Part shown: piece by piece, positions 52,896 to 64,000 of the stretch
Layout: every line of letters starts with the position of its first letter
Numbering within the stretch: position 1 is the stretch's first letter
Origin: Paramecium tetraurelia
Taxonomy: Eukaryota
Length of the DNA: 64,000 bases
Direction of reading: 5' to 3'
NCBI GenBank assembly: GCA_000165425.1
Contig: CT868039.1
Coordinates: 124,001 to 188,000, forward strand
Program-made: the position numbers and the translations under genes
The notes under the pieces: generated by a model
The model's input: only the letters and a program-made list of their open reading frames with translations
Told to the model about the DNA's origin: nothing
Databases searched by the model: none

Positions 52896-54334
52896 TCATA
52901 TATCAAATTCCTATTTAAATAGTAAAGCATATTTAGCAACATCATCCTATTTGTAGGATAGTAGTTTCTGAATTACACTAACTCCATCCAGTTTCACAAA
53001 AATAATGAAGAATTGGTTAGACTTGTTATCTTTAGCCTTGATTTCTCCTTTTCTAATGATTTTAATGAGAATTTCTAGTCCCTTCTTAAGATGAATGGAA
53101 GCGATTTCTTTTTCATTTGCTATTTCCAACATGCTAAGAAGATATTAAATAAGTCCATTTCCAACTAGCCTGCCGACATCCTCATTAGTCCCTTATTGAA
53201 TCGCATTTCCAATCACTTCTAGGGCATCCCCTCTTAGATTTTAATTATCATCACTTAATGATCGAAAAAGAGAGACCAAAAAGTTTTAATTCGACAAAAC
53301 CTTAAACAACGTTTCCGTTGCTGCAAATGTTTAAATCATATCTCCACTTTTATCTCTGCTTTTAGGATCAACAATCATTCTGATATGAGCAATAAATCCA
53401 CATTCTAATAAGTATTTAATTTAGTCTTCAGTTCCATAAAATATGCATTCAAAAATTCGTAGGATCGATACGAAATTGCCCATGGGTAATAGATTAATCA
53501 ATTAAGGCACTACTCCACTATTAATTAAGGCAGCAATTCTATTGGGTTCACCATCGATCATATATCCTAACGCCCAAATGGCATCGTTAATCATTTTTAA
53601 ATTTTGTTGATTGAACTCTTCCATAATTACTTAGGCAAAAATCTCAAATGCTGATTGTATCTTATCAAACTTAGGACTTGGACGGCCTATACACAAATTA
53701 GCCAAACACCATATGTAGATCGATTTGTATTTGGATTCAATTTTGCTTATTATTTTATCCATACTGCAGGCTTACAGTATAGAATCTCGATATTTCACAG
53801 ATTCACCAGCCAATTTTCCTAATATAGTTATGATTAACATAATCAACTCACTTTAATTACCATCTAGTACACTCATAGACAATTAAAGAATTCCATTTTC
53901 CATAATAATTCTTGTTATTTCACTTCTCCCTCCTGCTAGAATTGAAATGATTTCTAAATAATATTAAAAATATAAACAACATGCAGCTTCTAATTTTAAT
54001 AAATATGTGCTTCCATATTAGATGATGTGAAATAAAATAGGTATGAGCTCATTTTCTTTGGCAATCTCTTACTCAAAATTCTTATGTAATATTGAAAATT
54101 TTATACAGCCAACGTTCTCCTTAATTTAATTATTGCTTTGTGGCTTTCAATAAAATCCTCTGACCTCAGTGCATTTATGGAGTCCATGACAGTAATATGA
54201 TCTGCATCCATTCTTAAGATTTAAATTATTTCATCCTTCAGCTCTTGACATAGTTACTCCTATTGGACTAAGTCTTCATGGTTAGAATTTTGTTACAATT
54301 TTTTAATGCCTCCTAGTTTCTGACTATTTTTCAT
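52896..54334 (-). CDS. Divergent importin-alpha-like armadillo-repeat protein
   Basis: IKLRRTLA, KLEAA, LAGESVKYRDSIL, WCLANLCIGRPSP, DAIWALGYMIDG, SGVVPQLINLL, GTEDQ. Confidence 0.8.
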
Positions 54335-54916
54335 GGTTTTCTTTGTTTAATGTAGGAATAATAGAAGAATTTAATTATTTATCTCCACAGAATAGTTTAT
54401 TCATAATGAAATATAAATCATATATAATCTTTTAGTTCTTTCATTACGATGCACATATCAAATAATATATAATTTCAATTCAATCCAATTGAATAATTGT
54501 ATCATTCTTACTGACTACAAAATCGTTTGTTTCTCCCAGATTAAAAAGCATTTTGATTGGCATTTCTGTATTTTATACTACTAGATTCTCAGTAAATGTT
54601 ATGTTTTCAAAGATGCAACATTTTTTGTTATCATATACATGGAATGATAAAAATAACAATAATATGATATATTATCATTTCAAATCAGGTTCAAGAAAGA
54701 CTTTCATTAGGACTAATATATTTTTTGCTTTGATTGATATTTTAGGATTGCTTTTCAGGCTATTCAGATTATTCAATTAGAGATTATATTACATTACTCA
54801 CCCTATATACCTTATCTGTAATCATTGTAGTTCTTTGAATTAAATTTTGAGTTCATCACTTCCAAATTATGATTACTTATTTAATCAATATAATAAAAAC
54901 TGAAATAATATAATTA

Positions 54917-57695
54917 TCATGGCAATAATAATTTTTTGATTGCAACAGATAATCTCTGGGTATTCTATCTACATTCTTCCTGCAAATTGCATTCTGAGAT
55001 TTTATATTTCTACTTTATGGAATACATAAACTCAATTAGTTTTGTGAACTCTTCCCCTTGACCCAAGTCTCTTGTTTATTGGGAATTCAATACGCACTAA
55101 GATTAAACTTTGTAAATATACTTTAGCAATAAGATCTTAAACGACCTGTAAATCATTCTTTTCAAGGTTGAATCTATCTTGTGGATAACTCATTGGTATA
55201 ATCTTTTGTAAATGGAACTTTTGAAAGTATGAATCTTTCGCTTTGAATCCTGTGTACAGTGCGAGGTTTTTCATGCAAACTTAAGTTTTATAAAGAACAT
55301 CATTCCCCAATAGAATATGATCGTCTCTAACCAATAAACGATTTAGGATAGTGATTGCATAATCATAACAAAAGGGTGTGTTTTAAATATTGCTCTCCTA
55401 CACAGGAAAAGTGAATCCCACGTTGTAGATTTTGATAGAAACTCCTTTCTTGAGAGCAATGTCAGTCTAAATAGCTTTCACATGATCGATCATATATAAT
55501 AGAGTGTGAGGAACACAATTTCGATCGACGAACAACACAGCCTTTTCATTATTGGAATTGATAATTTCATTAATCTTTTTATGGAATTCTTGCAAAAAAG
55601 CATCTTTGATATACATAAACACCTTTTGGAATTAGATTGCCAATGAATCTGTGTTGTCTCCCAACTTATCTTTTATTAATTGAAGTGTGACTTCATCAGC
55701 ACAAATGTCATAAAAAGGATAATCCTTATAATTCTATTTTAAATAGTCAACCAAGGTAGATTTGCCAGAACCAGGTATCATTAATGGATAGATGATTACT
55801 ATTTTTTTTTAAGGCTTAACATCCTCATCAGATTCTTCTAAGTCTAGATCGTCTTAATCTTCTATTTATGGCTATTCTGCACATTCAAATTATTTGATTA
55901 TAGCCTCCAACTTTTGTAAGTCAAATTCTTCCAAAACAAAGGTTCTATTTGGAAAATTCTTCTAGCACTCTTTCAAATATACTTAGCCTTTTTCTAGCCA
56001 TCTCTCCAAACTCAACTATTATACTTTTGGTTTTGCAGTTGTAAATTGAACACCAAAGGAACTTATAATTGGATTGGAGTCTTAAAATATTTTAGATTAT
56101 AAATTCTGTAATGATATCTTGAATGCTTCTTAATTCATACCCAAGAAAACAAAGATGATGTTAGAGGGTTCTTAATTTTATAATGTTGAATTAACTAAGT
56201 AATCATTTAGTTGTTATTCATTATTAATATTGTATGGTAATTTAGGTATCATATGTAAAATTGAGATCGCTCTTTATGCGAATACCTTTTGATTTCTACA
56301 CATATATTAGCATTCAACACATTGTATATTAAGATTATCTTTTAAACTTTGCAACACTTTGTCTTCAAACAGCATTGGCAATGTTAATAGAATCACTCTT
56401 ACATGACGTTAAAAGTTCTTCTATTTGACCTCACCTAACTCATCTATTTCACTCATTTTGTCCTCTTGCATATTTTGAATTTACTCTAGAAAATCTACAA
56501 ATTTATATCTTATCTTTTCAAAGGGAATTTTATTGTTATAAACTTCTTCAAAAGCCAATTTTGAAATATGAAGATAGTACCTTATAGGTTATGGTGGTGC
56601 ATATTGTTTGATGATGATTTGCAATTCATTCAGGAATTTCCCTAATTAGACTGATAATTGATAATGCTCATTCAATGTTATCTTTTAGATCAATACTTTC
56701 AACATTTCTCTTAATTTTCTATATATTAAATATTCCATTGACTTTAATTTACAAAGACTTATAGTTTAGTGATTTCCGATTTAATCCTCAGCCACAATAT
56801 AAGTAACTGATCCTTCTCCTTCTAATTCCATAGGCCCTTCTCCTATGAGTTTCGACCATATTGCTAATTGTTTAAGGACAGCTTCATAATTATCAAAGTT
56901 TTTGATTGATGAATTTTTTACGAATTGCAAATGAAATTATTCACAAATTTACTTAGTTTGCTCGACTGGTAAACAAATATCTGGGGAATTGTTATTAACA
57001 ATGGCATAAAAGATGAGTTGAAGGTGTGAGTACTTTGTTATGTGCTGATAATCAGGATTACCACAATACTCTCCTATCAGAGTATTTTCAGTAAGAAAGG
57101 ATTTTAAATCATCAAAATTTTATTCTTTAATAATTTCCAACCACTATTTTGCAATCAATTTAGCCCACGTATGTCTTAAATCATTATATAAATTTAGATC
57201 ATCCATTGTTTGAAAGAGAATTGTGCAGTTTTTACTAGCCACCAACCAATATCCATTTGTAAAACTAATTTGACAGTGTTCACCATTTTCTTTGAATAAT
57301 TTGTACAAATGAATCTTTTTCCCTTCTTGAATGGCTTGTTTGATGGGATGCAAAATATTAAAACATGCTTTCTCATGATACCTCGACAATTTAACATTTT
57401 ATTATTCCAATTCATAATCAATGTACTTCCTTTCAAGATCGTAGAACTTTCGCATTCCTCTTCTGCAGATGCGGATAGAATCTTCATGTACTAAAATTGA
57501 ATTGCCTCTTCTAACATTCGCTAGGAAGAAAGGATTTTTGAGGTATAGCTTGTCCTCCATTGGACCTTTCTTATGTAATGAAATATCATAAAGTTGGAAG
57601 CCAAAAATATCCTATTTTACTAGTAAAATCTTTTTGTGCTCTTTCATTTTCTATAAGTATTCGGCAGGATCAGAAATGTAAATACCTTGTTACAT
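54917..57695 (-). CDS. Trl1/Rnl1-type RNA ligase fused to a polynucleotide-kinase-like P-loop domain (917 aa)
   Basis: RRGMRKFYD, motif I KENG, ASKN, TLIGEYCG, IFYAIV, EGEGSV, KLKSMEY; kinase IPGSGKST, FVDRN, RLLVRDDH. One 25-nt intron gives 2754 coding nt. Confidence 0.85.
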
Positions 57696-57712
57696 AATTA
57701 AATTAATAATTT

Positions 57713-57979
57713 ATGGAGTAATTTTAAAATGCATATAAAGAGTTGGGAAAGATGGTCAAAATGAGTACCTTTTACCAGGCATAGAAGAAAGAATAAAAAA
57801 ACAATGGAAAGCAATAAAAGATAAGTCAAAAATCAAAGAAAATTAAAGAAGCTCCATTAGCATCCAGAGAAGAGTTGATGCAAAAACTGAAAAACAAAAT
57901 AGATTCATTGAAAGCTGACAGAACTACAAAGAAAGATTATGTACCCCTTAGAAAACAAAGATAATAATAAAAAAAATGA
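57713..57979 (+). CDS. Small basic protein (88 aa) with a SURF6/Rrp14-like helix
   Basis: MEQFQNAYKELG..SREELMQKLKNKIDSLKADR..QQQKK*. 267 nt. Confidence 0.6.
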
Positions 57980-58790
57980 ATATATATAATTATCTCTAAA
58001 GGAAATTATATATTTATTAAATAATATAGTCCTAAGAAGTATGTCGTGAATGTGATCCTCATTTCTTATATCTGATGAACTAAACCACTTCTAGAGTGTG
58101 AGAGATTCGATTTTTGGAGAGAGTTCAAAAAAGGGGAAAAATCAATTCTTGAGTGACTCTAGAAATCTGTCCTTCTTAAAGAATTTAGTGACAATAGTGC
58201 CTCGAATTGATGTCATCATTCCACATATTATTCTTCAAATCATTCAAAATAATGTGAAAATTATACATTTTTTACATCATATAAAATAGTATATTTCTAA
58301 AGTGGCATTTTAAAATAGGAATATTTTTAGTTCTATTAGATTTTTTACAAACTCCCTTAAATGATGCATCAATTGAATTGCTGCGTTAACTCAAACAAGA
58401 TATATTCTAAAAACACCTTTTCCTCCAAGTTGAAAACTCTAATTGATAAGAAAAAATGAAAACTTTTTTCTGGGCTAGATATTTTTATTTTACTGTTAAA
58501 ATAATTATTATAAAAATATATTTATAATAATTTATTTAATTGTGATTTTCAGCGTTATTCTTGTATTCAAATTTCAAAAAATTGCTCCATTTGATTCAGA
58601 TTAATGAGTTTCTAAACCCTCATTTATTAATTTACAATATACACAATAAATAAAATTAATAAATGACGCTATAAGTTATTGCATATTGAATCACTAGATT
58701 TTGAAAATAATATATATTAATGATGAATTATCGTAATTCAAATCCGACAATATCTTTATTACTCAAATCAATATTAAATACACAAAAAAA

Positions 58791-59164
58791 ATGTAAAGGA
58801 AGCAGTAATACGAAAGTGATTTCAATAATTTTTAAGAAGCCAACAAAGTTTCACTTGATTAAATGTACTATAAACAAGACCTTAATGAAAAACACAAAGA
58901 GACATGCCTCAAAAATGCCAAGACTTTTGAATTGTTTGCCACCTGTAAGAATTCTAGATTTATGTAGGTATGGAAAGACATGAGGGCAAAATAGATAATA
59001 TTGCTAAATACCTCTCGATGAAGATGCTCTTTATTGAAAAATAAGCACTACAATGCTATAAAGTAAACACAAATGACAGAGAATACGAAAGTTGCCATCA
59101 AAGAGTTGAACAGCAGCTTCATGATGTCTACAGTGAATACTACCAAGGTTTACTTCACCTTTGA
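58791..59164 (+). CDS. Small helical twin-CX12C protein, FAM136A-like spacing (116 aa)
   Basis: CLKNAKTFELFATC-x28-CYKVNTNDREYESC. 23-nt intron at 58945-58967. Confidence 0.7.
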
Positions 59165-59975
59165 CTTCATATATATTTTTTTATTAATAACCGATTACCC
59201 AAATCTTATTTTCCATTATTTCACTTTATAAAAATTTTTACATTTTTATATAATTATAATAATTTTCTCTCAATAAACGAAAAATATTCTCTAATAATTT
59301 ATACAATTTAATTAAATTCATTCATATGATCTAAGCAATTAATAAGGGTTTTATTCATTCATGAATATAGATAATCAAGTATAGGAATAAATATCTTCCA
59401 TCATTATCTAATGTAAAATAGCCTAAAAATGATATTCTGTAATTTTTCGAAAATAATTGAATGTTCAAGTTTCTTCATCTTCGGATGTATCATTGTAGAA
59501 TTACTCTTTCTTTAAATAATTTCAAATTATTCTATAGAAATCACTTTTATATTAATTTTGTATCAAATTTAACTAATATTCTTCTAATTTTATTCCTTTG
59601 CTTGTTATTTTGTAACTTAAAATTTTCTATCTGTAATTTAAAAAGCCATTCATAACTTAAATTAAATAAATATGTAGTTTTATATCTAACGAGATTTGAT
59701 TTTTGATGAAATTTTGGATTTATAAGAAGATAAAAGTAACATAATATTGCTGAATTTTCTTTCTATATCTAAGATTTCAAAATGGAAGATTGCCTCTTGA
59801 ATTACCCAAAAAGTGTTAATTTAAAACAATAGTCTATTTAAATATATTACACATTCTCATACTTTAACATCATTTTATAGAATTGATTATTGTATATATA
59901 TATATTAAGAAATTTAAGTTTTGAATTAAGAATACCTTTTAGTAATGATTATTCAAGTCCTAATTAATAGAATAA

Positions 59976-60647
59976 TCAAAATATTTCAACTGATCTTTCA
60001 CTTTAATCCCATTTAGCTATAGTGATGGATGGTTTGCACTCAACTTTGTTCTAATTGTAACTGGGTTATTCAATATTTGATTTTTGTCTTCTACAACGAG
60101 GTACAATCTTATAATTGAGCTTAGTTTTCTCTTATGGGTAGCGAATGCTCAAGAAGCATTTCTCGATTTATAAACCTATTGTATCTTTTATTTCAACAGG
60201 TTTTTGATGTTTTTTAGACTTTCTCATGATGGGTGTTGCTGATTGAGTCCTTGATGTGTGACTGCGAGATTCAGTTTATTTATATTTCAGATTGGCCAGA
60301 CTCTTAATTTGAGGGGCTTCTTTGATTTAAACACGAGCACTGAAAATTCTAACTTTCTTCGGTAGATATGTTTCTTCTAAGATTTTTTATTTATTCTCGA
60401 TGCTTCGCCTTATTTGAGATATTTGGTCTGAGTTTTATTAAATATTTTGGCTTGTTTCTCTTTAACAAGACACAGATTATTCAAATGGTTAAAAATTAAA
60501 TTGTCTTCCACTTGGAGTCCAAATGTTATGGAAACTATTCCAGAGAGACATACGATTTTATTTGAAATGCTTACGCGTCTAACTAGGTTTGTCTTGAACT
60601 TGTAAAGTCAATAATTTAGTAATCTTTAAATCAAATAATTATTACAT
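59976..60647 (-). CDS. Hypothetical basic low-complexity protein (223 aa)
   Basis: Open 672-nt frame MQQLFDLKITK..AKWDQSERSVEIF*. An alternative in-frame ATG lies about 96 nt downstream. Confidence 0.7.
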
Positions 60648-60650
60648 TTA

Positions 60651-61298
60651 ATGGCATTTTCACATTTGATAAATTGTCTTTTGCTAGCATTTGGACCTTT
60701 CTTTGTTGTGTACAAAGCAAGATCACTGTAAGATTGATGTATTAATTCTAGTGCTGAGCAAGGAGCCTACAAGACTGTATTGATTAGCATTTTAGGATGT
60801 TTGCTGACATAATTTTGTAAATTGTTTCTGTTGGCCTCTTTGTCGGTGATTACTGAATAATTGATTCACGTAAGGGATGGCACTTAAATTGTAGATTAAA
60901 TTGCTGTTCGATTTGATCGATTGCTATGGAATCATCTTAGTAGCAAAATAAAAGACTAATATCGATGATAAAATAAGCAGAGTATTTGCAATTGCAATTG
61001 GGTGGGCATTGATGGATTGTGTGATGAAACACCTCTTCACTTTCATTCCAAATGCTACAACTGACGAGTTTACATGGACATTCATTTTGAGAGGATTCAC
61101 AGCCAATTTAGAGTTTGTATATACATTATTTTAAATTAGTTTGAAACCTTGTTCTTGGTGGGACTACTGCAATCAAAAAACAAAATTAGTTATGCTTTGA
61201 TCTTGTTAAAGGTTCTTGTGCTCCCCAATTTCCAAGATATCATCACCAGAGGAGGATTGTCTTCAGCATACATGCTTGTGTCTAGATTTGTTATATGA
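60651..61298 (+). CDS. TMEM147: Transmembrane protein 147 (BOS complex subunit)
   Basis: MAFSHLINCLLLAFGPFFVVYK, QFCKLFLLA, AIAIGWA, EFTWTFI..ANL. Three tiny introns. Confidence 0.88.
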
Positions 61299-61328
61299 GT
61301 ATTTTTACAATTTACAAATATATTATAA

Positions 61329-62775
61329 ATGCTCCAAGAATGCAAATCGGAGTTGGCCTCATGCAAAGCCAAACTCATTTCCTTGAGTATAAAGGACATG
61401 TCTAAACTACTGCCTATGTGTAAGACTAGTACAAGCAAGAACGAGGTTTTCATTTTGAATGACATGATTGAAAAATTTGATTTTGATGAAGAGAAGGAGA
61501 GGGTAGTGTGTTAATGTGATTCTTTAAGGACAATACTAAGACCGGTCTGAGGTTGTTAAGAAATGATGTGTAGAGATACATCAAAGAGTTGAAGGGGTTT
61601 ACTAACAGTCATGAGTATTATTAAAAAATTGAAAGCATGGCAAACAATATTACCAAAGAGTATTAATCTATATCCATATATTCATAGGATAACAGAGTAC
61701 AAAACAAAAATGTCATATTTATTTGATGATTTAGCACAACAGGAGTAGGCATTTAATGATGAATTGAAAATGATTGAACAGAAAATGGACAATTATGACG
61801 TTGTTCAGAAGCAACAGGTTATAAAAAGAAAGCCTATGCAAAATAATGAAGAGACTACAAGTGAATTGGGAATGATCAAATAAAAAGTGGATTTGATAGA
61901 TGAAAAAATAGATTAAATAAAACTCTTAGAACCAGAAGACCATAGAGAATTCTTGAGAGTAAGGACTAAGCATAAAGGCAAAATCACTCAGAACTTCGTC
62001 AATGATTGTCTCAAGGCTATCCCATTTATTACTGAAGATCAATTGATGGAACAAATCGACAATTACAATTTACTACAGTAATTGGAAGATGAAAAGAAGG
62101 AACTACTTACAGAATATAAAAGAAAGAAGGAGGAAAACAAGTAAATTCAATTACAACAAGAATAATTATAATAAGAGATTGAAAGGTAGAAATAAGTCAA
62201 AAAACCCTTGGTACCATAAGAGGAGAGAGACAAATTGAAAGAAGAAATAAAGCAATGGAAGATTAAGAGGGTTACATAGAAAGCAATAGATGAAATTGAG
62301 TATGATACAAAAAAAGACATAGAGAAATAGAAGTCTGAAATGTTAAAGAAGGAAAGAGAAGAAAAGAAATTGCAAGTCTAATATTTTAGGGAATAGAAAT
62401 TGATTGAAAAGTAGAGAGAATAGGAGTTGAAATAAGTAGAAACAATGTCTAGAAGATATGTTAGTTAAGAAGCAAAGGAAAGGATAAAAATGAAAGAAAA
62501 TCAATTACTTGAAAAAAAGAAAAGTATTCTTGAATAAAAATAAAAGAAATAATTTGATCAGGAGATGAAACAATAAGCAAGAGAGGAAGATAAAATATAT
62601 TAAATTTGCTTATGTTGAATCAAAGTTAAATGAGACAACTAAAGCTGCAGAATTATAGAAGAGACAGAAATTTGATCCCAAAATTGATAATGGGAAATAT
62701 GCAGATACTTTTGGAGGAAATCTACTAGGAGCTGGCAGAAGAGCCATTCCTGGTTGGAGATAGAATTTAGGTTGA
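61329..62775 (+). CDS. CCDC112: Coiled-coil protein CCDC112-like
   Basis: EDHREFLRVRTKHKGK and C-terminal RRAIPGWRQNLG*, with extensive coiled coil. Confidence 0.75.
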
Positions 62776-62807
62776 ATGATCCTATTTATGATATTGATTT
62801 TATGTTA

Positions 62808-64000
62808 TCAATTTAGTTATATTTCTGCAATTGATTTTCTTAATTCTTAACTTAAGCCTGAATTGAATATTATGAGTATTTGATTGACTGTTTCCACTTA
62901 TCCAACTCTATAAGTTTATTTACATTGAATTACCTGCTATCAAATATGGCTCTAAGATTCTTCTCTTCGTCTGAGCAGGTTTTGACCCAATCGTTAAGTT
63001 CCTTAGTTTTGATGGCAGCAATTTATTTGTTGGTATTGACATCATTAGTAACTTCAACAATGTCTTATTGTAAATGCAAGACTTAAGCCTTCAATTCTGC
63101 AACAGATGCAGCCAAAGTCTGATTGGCCAAGAGTATGATCTCTCTACCTATAAGATAAATGAAGTACCTTTGTCTGATGAATTCCACTTCTCTTGCATCA
63201 TCAACCAATAATTCTTATTTTTGGAGTTCATAGATAGAATCAACTAATCCCTGAATTGTAGCAACGAGTCTCTCAACTTATTCTGGAGTTTTGGCTTGGG
63301 CTGAAGCTTTTAATAACAATTCAACCATGATGCCATAACCTCTGGGTGTTGGATGTGCTTCCTCTAAAAATAATGGATAAAATGTATACTGAATTTGAGA
63401 TAGTGTTCATTTGAATTGACTTGCAAGAAGCTAACAGAACCTAATCCAGAAACAATTGATTTGGCTTCTCCCAAAGCTGCCACATAGTTAGTTAATTCAT
63501 TTCTTCTTTCTTAGTATTCTTGTTTTTGTTATTCTCTTGTAGCTGTAATGAGTGCAAGTTTATCATTGTTTCTTTGTTCTTCAGAGTCCTTCACTAATGC
63601 TTATTCCTATTTACTAATCAATTCCTCATTGATTAATGGTACTAGGATATGAATGGAAGCATACGTTTTCTCTCATCATCAGCTCTCTTGGCATTTGCTC
63701 TATCAATAACACTCTAAGCATCGTCTTGTCTTGTTTGACATTAAGCTTGTCTGTTTCTCAAATTAGCTTGAATAGCTCCTTTTTCTTATTCAGCTGAATT
63801 TAATATTTCATTCAATGAGTCAACTACTGAATCTACTGCTGATCCATTTGATAATTCCATTTGGACTGTTTGCAATATTGTTCTTCCGAAATCTGTTTTC
63901 GGTAACTAAGTATTACGTTGTTTGTACTGTATTGAAGAGGTCGATGGCTTCGGTGGCTGATGACAAAGCAATCAAAACACAGAGAAATGCAATAATCTTC
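62808..64000 (-). CDS. Trichocyst matrix protein precursor (start codon at the window edge)
   Basis: Signal peptide KIIAFLCVLIALSSA, FGRTILQTVQMEL, SFLQ, heptad coils, WVKTC. Five tiny introns; TGA at 62808-62810. Confidence 0.9.

Noticed and set aside
57990..58450. Minus-strand coding-like fragment
   Set aside because: In-frame TGA codons in all frames and no recognisable homology.

Overview
AT-rich, gene-dense ciliate DNA, very probably Paramecium macronuclear sequence (inference). Long frames open only if TAA/TAG are read as Gln (translation table 6, TGA the only stop), and genes are split by 21-31 nt GT..AG introns. The supplied ORF track therefore fragments or mis-frames most genes, and all calls here come from hand translation with family names recognised from motifs, not from searches. 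About 41 protein-coding genes were reconstructed. Recognisable ones include ITPK1 (partial), IFT122, thymidine kinase, COA6/COX6B-like, aspartic protease, Kelch protein, three active kinases, an alpha/beta hydrolase, three tandem RING genes, FAM166-like, M17 aminopeptidase, OXR1-like, HERP-like, a TLC protein, importin-alpha-like, TMEM147, CCDC112 and a trichocyst matrix protein. Several decayed gene-like tracts are also present. The highlights are: (1) a Trl1-type RNA ligase fused to a degenerate and then an intact P-loop kinase domain, with no cyclic phosphodiesterase; (2) three acylated CDPK-like pseudokinases that all replace the catalytic Lys with Glu; (3) a three-member family of small proteins carrying PP1 RVxF motifs, two also with PP2A-B56 LxxIxE motifs; (4) extreme packing, with head-to-head ATGs 3 and 6 nt apart and a 13-nt tail-to-tail coding overlap. 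No rRNA, tRNA, CRISPR array, telomere or transposase was recognised.
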